Shown here piece by piece: positions 60,398 through 64,000 of a stretch of DNA of 64,000 nt. Positions within the stretch are counted from its first letter, which is position 1. Every line of letters begins with the position of its first letter. The stretch lies in assembly GCA_902494535.1 (NCBI GenBank), contig CABUTO010000006.1, positions 4,237-68,236 of the forward strand. Reading direction: 5' to 3'. A program made the position numbers and the translations under genes. Source of the stretch: an uncultured Collinsella sp. GTDB lineage: Bacteria > Actinomycetota > Coriobacteriia > Coriobacteriales > Coriobacteriaceae. Under the pieces are notes generated by a model. The model saw only the letters and a program-made list of their open reading frames with translations, did not search any database and had not been told where the DNA came from.

Positions 60398-61702
60398 CTA
60401 ATGGCGGGCGCGCATCCTCACCAAACGCACCATGGCGAGCGCAAAGCCCACAGCGGCCACAGCCATGAGCACGTAGAACACCGATCGAAAGCCGAATAGG
60501 AACACATCCGGACGGCCTACAACAAAACTGGTCACAGTCTCGCCCATCGCCACGCTCATCTGCCCATACAGGATATGCGATGCCGCTGTAATGCCCACTG
60601 CCATGCCAGCATAGCGCGCCAAACTGCCCAAGCTGCCCGCAAAGCCAAGCGCTTCGCGCGGAGCCGAGCCCATATACAGCGAGTTATTGGGGCTCTGGAA
60701 AATCGACGTACCGCACGACATAAATGCGACGCAGCACACGATCACAGGGATAGAAGAGTGCTCGTCGAGCGTGCTTACCGCAAAGAGACCGCACACGTAC
60801 ACGCCCAGGCCGACCGCCGTGGGGCCCTCGCAGCCAACACGGTCCGAAACCGTACCCGAAAGCGGTCCGATAAAGGCATTCACCATCGGCAGCGCCAAAA
60901 AGAGCAATCCGGAAATGTCGGAACCAAAGCCATGGGCGTCCTGAAAATAGAACGGCAGGATAAACTCAGATGCGCCAATACCAACGAACACGATGAGCAT
61001 GCAGGCAAGGTTGATGGTGAAGGCCGAATTTGCAAAGCAGCGACGAGCGGCCTCGATCAGGGACATGGGGCGCTCGCCGGCCTCTGGCCTAACATGCGGC
61101 AGCGTATAGAGCCCCACGATAAACGAGATGACGCCAATAGGCAGGTTGATGAGGAAGATGCTCTCCCAAGGAAAGCTTGCCACCAGCATGCCGCCGAGCA
61201 CGGGGCCACACATCATGCCGAGGGCCACAAAGGTCGCGAGAATACCCATGGCACGGCCTCGTTCGCGCGCCGGAAACGACTCGGTGATGATACCCATGTT
61301 GTTAGCCATGGCCGCCGCGCAACCGACGCCCTGAACAATGCGTGCCAGGATAAGAACCTCGAGCGAGGCTGAAAGGCCGCACAGCAGCGAACCGACCGAA
61401 AAGACGATGACGCCCAGCTGAAACACATTCACCTTGCCGCGCACGTCGCCCAGACGGCCAAACGGCAACATAGCCACGCAAGTCGCAAGCAGATACACCG
61501 AGCTTACCAGCTGAATACGGTCGAGGCCCACGCCCAGCTCCTTTTGCATCACGGGCAGCGCCACGGTCACGACGGTCGAATCCAGACACACCATAAACGT
61601 CATGATGAGCACGGTAAACAGAATCGCCCACTTGTTCTTGCCATGGGTGTCGCCCTCTAGGGCAATGTGCTCGCGGCGCAGCTGCTCTGCAGTTTTCTCC
61701 AT
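60398..61702 (-). CDS. MFS transporter, drug:H+ antiporter (EmrB/QacA-like)
   Basis: Polytopic MFS protein (LDSTVVTVALPVMQKELG, GRLGDVRGK motif A-like). Start at the ATG at 61702 or 61708. Confidence 0.8.
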   Translation of the reverse strand: MEKTAEQLRREHIALEGDTHGKNKWAILFTVLIMTFMVCLDSTVVTVALPVMQKELGVGLDRIQLVSSVYLLATCVAMLPFGRLGDVRGKVNVFQLGVIVFSVGSLLCGLSASLEVLILARIVQGVGCAAAMANNMGIITESFPARERGRAMGILATFVALGMMCGPVLGGMLVASFPWESIFLINLPIGVISFIVGLYTLPHVRPEAGERPMSLIEAARRCFANSAFTINLACMLIVFVGIGASEFILPFYFQDAHGFGSDISGLLFLALPMVNAFIGPLSGTVSDRVGCEGPTAVGLGVYVCGLFAVSTLDEHSSIPVIVCCVAFMSCGTSIFQSPNNSLYMGSAPREALGFAGSLGSLARYAGMAVGITAASHILYGQMSVAMGETVTSFVVGRPDVFLFGFRSVFYVLMAVAAVGFALAMVRLVRMRARH

Positions 61703-61842
61703 ATCCATCCTTTCGAGTGGCGCAACGCAAAAACGGGGCCCCAATCGCCTGCAAACTGCCGCGATTGGGGTCCCGCCTACGGAATCGGAACGAAAGGTCG
61801 CCGAAGCTTTCTGCCAGCATCGGCGCCTTGTACGGAGCTAGC

Positions 61843-63126
61843 CTAGCACTGCTCGAGTGCCTGCTCGAGGTCGGCAATCAAGTCGGCCGTGTCCTCGAGG
61901 CCGCACGACAGGCGCACCATGTCGGCGGAGATGCCACAGGCGATGAGCTCCTCATCGTTCATCTGGCGATGTGTGGCATTAGCGGGATGCAGGCAGCAAG
62001 TGCGGGCGTCGGCCACGTGCGTGGCGATCTGGGCGAGCTTGAGGCTCTTCATAAAGGTCTCGGCCGCCGCGCGACCACCGTTAAAGCCAAAGCTCACAAC
62101 GCCGCAGGTACCGTTGGGCATGTATTTCTGAGCAATGTCGTAGTACTTATCGCCCTCCAGGCCCGGATAGCTCACGAAGCGTACCTTGGGATGGCTCTGC
62201 AGGAACTTGGCAACGGCCAGGCCGTTCTCGCAATGACGCGGCATGCGCACATGCAGGCTCTCGAGCGAGCTGTTCAAGAAGAAGGCCGCCTGAGGGTTCT
62301 GCATGGGGCCGAGGTCGCGCATGAGCTGAGCGGTTGCCTTGGTAATGAAGGCGCCCTCGCGACCGAACTTCTCGGCATAGGTCACGCCGTGGTAGCTCTC
62401 GTCGGGCGTGGTGAGACCCGGGAACTTGTCCGCATGGGCCATCCAGTCAAACTGACCGTGGTCGACGATCACGCCGCCCAGGTAGGCAGCATGTCCATCC
62501 ATGTACTTGGTGGTGGAGTGCGTAACGATGTCGGCGCCCCACTCAAAGGGACGGCACATCACGGGCGTCGGGAAGGTGTTGTCGACCATCAGCGGCACGC
62601 CGTGATCATGCGCGGCCTTGGCAAAGCGCTCAATATCGAGCACGGCAAGGGCGGGGTTGGCGATCGTCTCGCCAAAGACGAGCTTGGTATTGGGCTCAAA
62701 GGCTGCCTCGAGCTCTTCATCGGTGCAGTCGGGGGCAACGAACGTGCAGGTCAAGCCCATGCGGCCCATGGTATGGGCGAGCAGGTTATACGTACCGCCG
62801 TAAATGGCAGAGCTCGCGACCACATGATCGCCGGCACCGGCCACATTAAAGATCGCGAGGAAGTTCGCAGCCATGCCCGAGCTCGTGAGCATCGCGGCGG
62901 TGCCTCCCTCCATCTCGCAGATCTTGGCGGCAACCAAATCGCACGTGGGGTTCTGCAGACGGCTGTAGAAGTAGCCCGACTCCTCCAGGTCAAATAGCTT
63001 GCCCATGTGCTCGGACGTGTCGTACTTCCACGTGGTGGACTGGTAGATGGGCACCTGGCGCGGCTCCGCATCTCCCGGGTGATAGCCGCCCTGAACACAT
63101 GTGGTACCGATGGTCTGCTCGTTCAT
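61843..63126 (-). CDS. metY: O-acetylhomoserine sulfhydrylase (Cys/Met metabolism PLP enzyme)
   Basis: 427 aa with the PLP-lysine context HSTTKYMDGH. Full-length MetY/OAH sulfhydrylase similarity. Confidence 0.88.
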   Translation of the reverse strand: MNEQTIGTTCVQGGYHPGDAEPRQVPIYQSTTWKYDTSEHMGKLFDLEESGYFYSRLQNPTCDLVAAKICEMEGGTAAMLTSSGMAANFLAIFNVAGAGDHVVASSAIYGGTYNLLAHTMGRMGLTCTFVAPDCTDEELEAAFEPNTKLVFGETIANPALAVLDIERFAKAAHDHGVPLMVDNTFPTPVMCRPFEWGADIVTHSTTKYMDGHAAYLGGVIVDHGQFDWMAHADKFPGLTTPDESYHGVTYAEKFGREGAFITKATAQLMRDLGPMQNPQAAFFLNSSLESLHVRMPRHCENGLAVAKFLQSHPKVRFVSYPGLEGDKYYDIAQKYMPNGTCGVVSFGFNGGRAAAETFMKSLKLAQIATHVADARTCCLHPANATHRQMNDEELIACGISADMVRLSCGLEDTADLIADLEQALEQC

Positions 63127-63356
63127 ATCTAGCTCCCTTGCCTGGGTTACGTTTTATTCGGTTCACGATACCGCTACCCTGCACCCCTCTCAACCCATCC
63201 CCAAGGTAGGTTATAGGACAAATCGATCAGAGGTATTTATCTCAAGCCTTGGGCATTTGCTCGACAGAGAAAAATGAGGCATACATGAAGCTCTCGATGA
63301 TTACATGCACCGTCACGGGTACCATAGGCGAGTACACCGTAACCAAGGAGACAACG

Positions 63357-63803
63357 ATGAAGCAAATCGATACGGCCCAGCTCGACATCAACGCCTGTCA
63401 GGCTCAGGCTGCCGAATACCACGCCCGCGGCTTTAACTGCGCCCAGGCCGTCGCCTGCACGCTCGCGCCCGCCGTCGGGCTCGACCCCCAGGTCGCCTTT
63501 ACCCTCACCGAGGGCTTTGGTGCCGGCATGGGTGGCATGACCGAGACCTGCGGTGCTATCTCGGGCGCCGTGGCCATCATGGGCTTCGTGATGAGCGACG
63601 GCATGGAAAACCCCAAGACCAAGGGCCAGACCTACAAGCTGTCGCGCGAAATCGCCAAGCGTTTTGGCGAGAAGAACACGACGACCGTCTGCGGCACGCT
63701 CAAGGGCATCGGATCGGATAAGGGTCCGCTCCGCAGCTGCCCCGGTTGCATCGACGATGCCATCGAGATCGCCTGCGATGTGCTAAAGCAGCTCGCCGAG
63801 TAA
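63357..63803 (+). CDS. C_GCAxxG_C_C family redox-active protein
   Basis: FNCAQAV, ETCGAISGA, TVCGTL and SCPGC match the family Cys pattern. Start trimmed to MKQIDTAQ (AAGGAG RBS). Confidence 0.75.
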   Translation: MKQIDTAQLDINACQAQAAEYHARGFNCAQAVACTLAPAVGLDPQVAFTLTEGFGAGMGGMTETCGAISGAVAIMGFVMSDGMENPKTKGQTYKLSREIAKRFGEKNTTTVCGTLKGIGSDKGPLRSCPGCIDDAIEIACDVLKQLAE

Positions 63804-63822
63804 ACGGCAGCAACAGAAAAAC

Positions 63823-63867
63823 GACGGCCGGCGCGCTTGGAATCCATCCAAAAGCACGCCGGCCGTC
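63823..63867. terminator. Hairpin between convergent genes (bidirectional terminator candidate)
   Basis: GACGGCCGGCG ... CGCCGGCCGTC (11-bp stem), preceded by an A-run on the plus strand. Confidence 0.55.
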
Positions 63868-63871
63868 GCCG

Positions 63872-64000
63872 TCAGAACTCGGCAAATTCGGGAGCGCCGA
63901 CCTCGATCTCCTCGCGTCCCGCCATAAGCTCGCGCATCTTGGCGCAAAATGGCTCCTGCTCCCCCGCCTTAAACACCAAGTGAAGTGTAACGGTATCCGC
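63872..64000 (-). CDS. 3' end of an unidentified gene (partial)
   Basis: Open minus-strand frame ...ADTVTLHLVFKAGEQEPFCAKMRELMAGREEIEVGAPEFAEF, ending at the TGA at 63872..63874. The start lies outside the window. Confidence 0.4.
   Translation of the reverse strand, partial: ADTVTLHLVFKAGEQEPFCAKMRELMAGREEIEVGAPEFAEF

Noticed and set aside
63127-63356. SAM riboswitch or T-box upstream of metY; T-box in the valS leader (8705..8935)
   Set aside because: No SAM-I or SAM-IV core (GCAACC, GGUGCUAA and related segments) and no T-box consensus was found. The valS leader structure is instead the family-2 palindrome.

Overview
High-GC (about 60-65%) actinobacterial-type chromosome segment, most consistent with an anaerobic Coriobacteriia-like gut organism (inference from gene content and codon style). 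Nearly all real genes lie on the minus strand. The many long plus-strand ORFs in the track are antisense shadows. The ORF track accepts GTG/TTG starts, so several N-termini were trimmed to ATG or RBS-supported starts.

Content, left to right:
- A more than 1290-aa Ig-like (Big_4-type) repeat surface protein, broken by one in-frame TGA.
- folC, valS, clpX, clpP, tig and tRNA-Leu.
- An XdhD/YgfM-like molybdenum hydroxylase, then gdhA.
- A large selenium, molybdenum and formate supercluster: Cys-rich Se/S-carrier-like protein, mobA, an unannotated tRNA-Sec, selB, selA, an orphan molybdopterin oxidoreductase, focA, hycI, and hyfJIHGFEDCBA. It also holds a selenocysteine (TGA) FdhH that the ORF track splits in two, and hydN.
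- A low-GC islet with a RelB/DinJ-PIN toxin-antitoxin pair whose toxin carries an in-frame TGA, next to tRNA-Gly and tRNA-Pro. Then brnQ.
- A second selenium operon: two HgdAB/double-cubane-like Fe-S paralogs, an HgdC-type activase, selD (itself a TGA/Sec gene), yedF, a Se/S-carrier-like protein and a NifS-like desulfurase.
- modABC, moaB/mog and moeA.
- A CLC-F-like channel, a lipid kinase, arfB, xpt, an MFS pump, metY and a C_GCAxxG_C_C protein.

No CRISPR array, rRNA, transposase or integrase was seen.

Main second-look items:
- The activase/Fe-S module fused into the selD operon.
- Two non-selenoprotein genes with in-frame TGA.
- An inverted-repeat-bracketed, promoter-sized segment upstream of the adhesin gene.
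- Two families of intergenic palindromic repeats.
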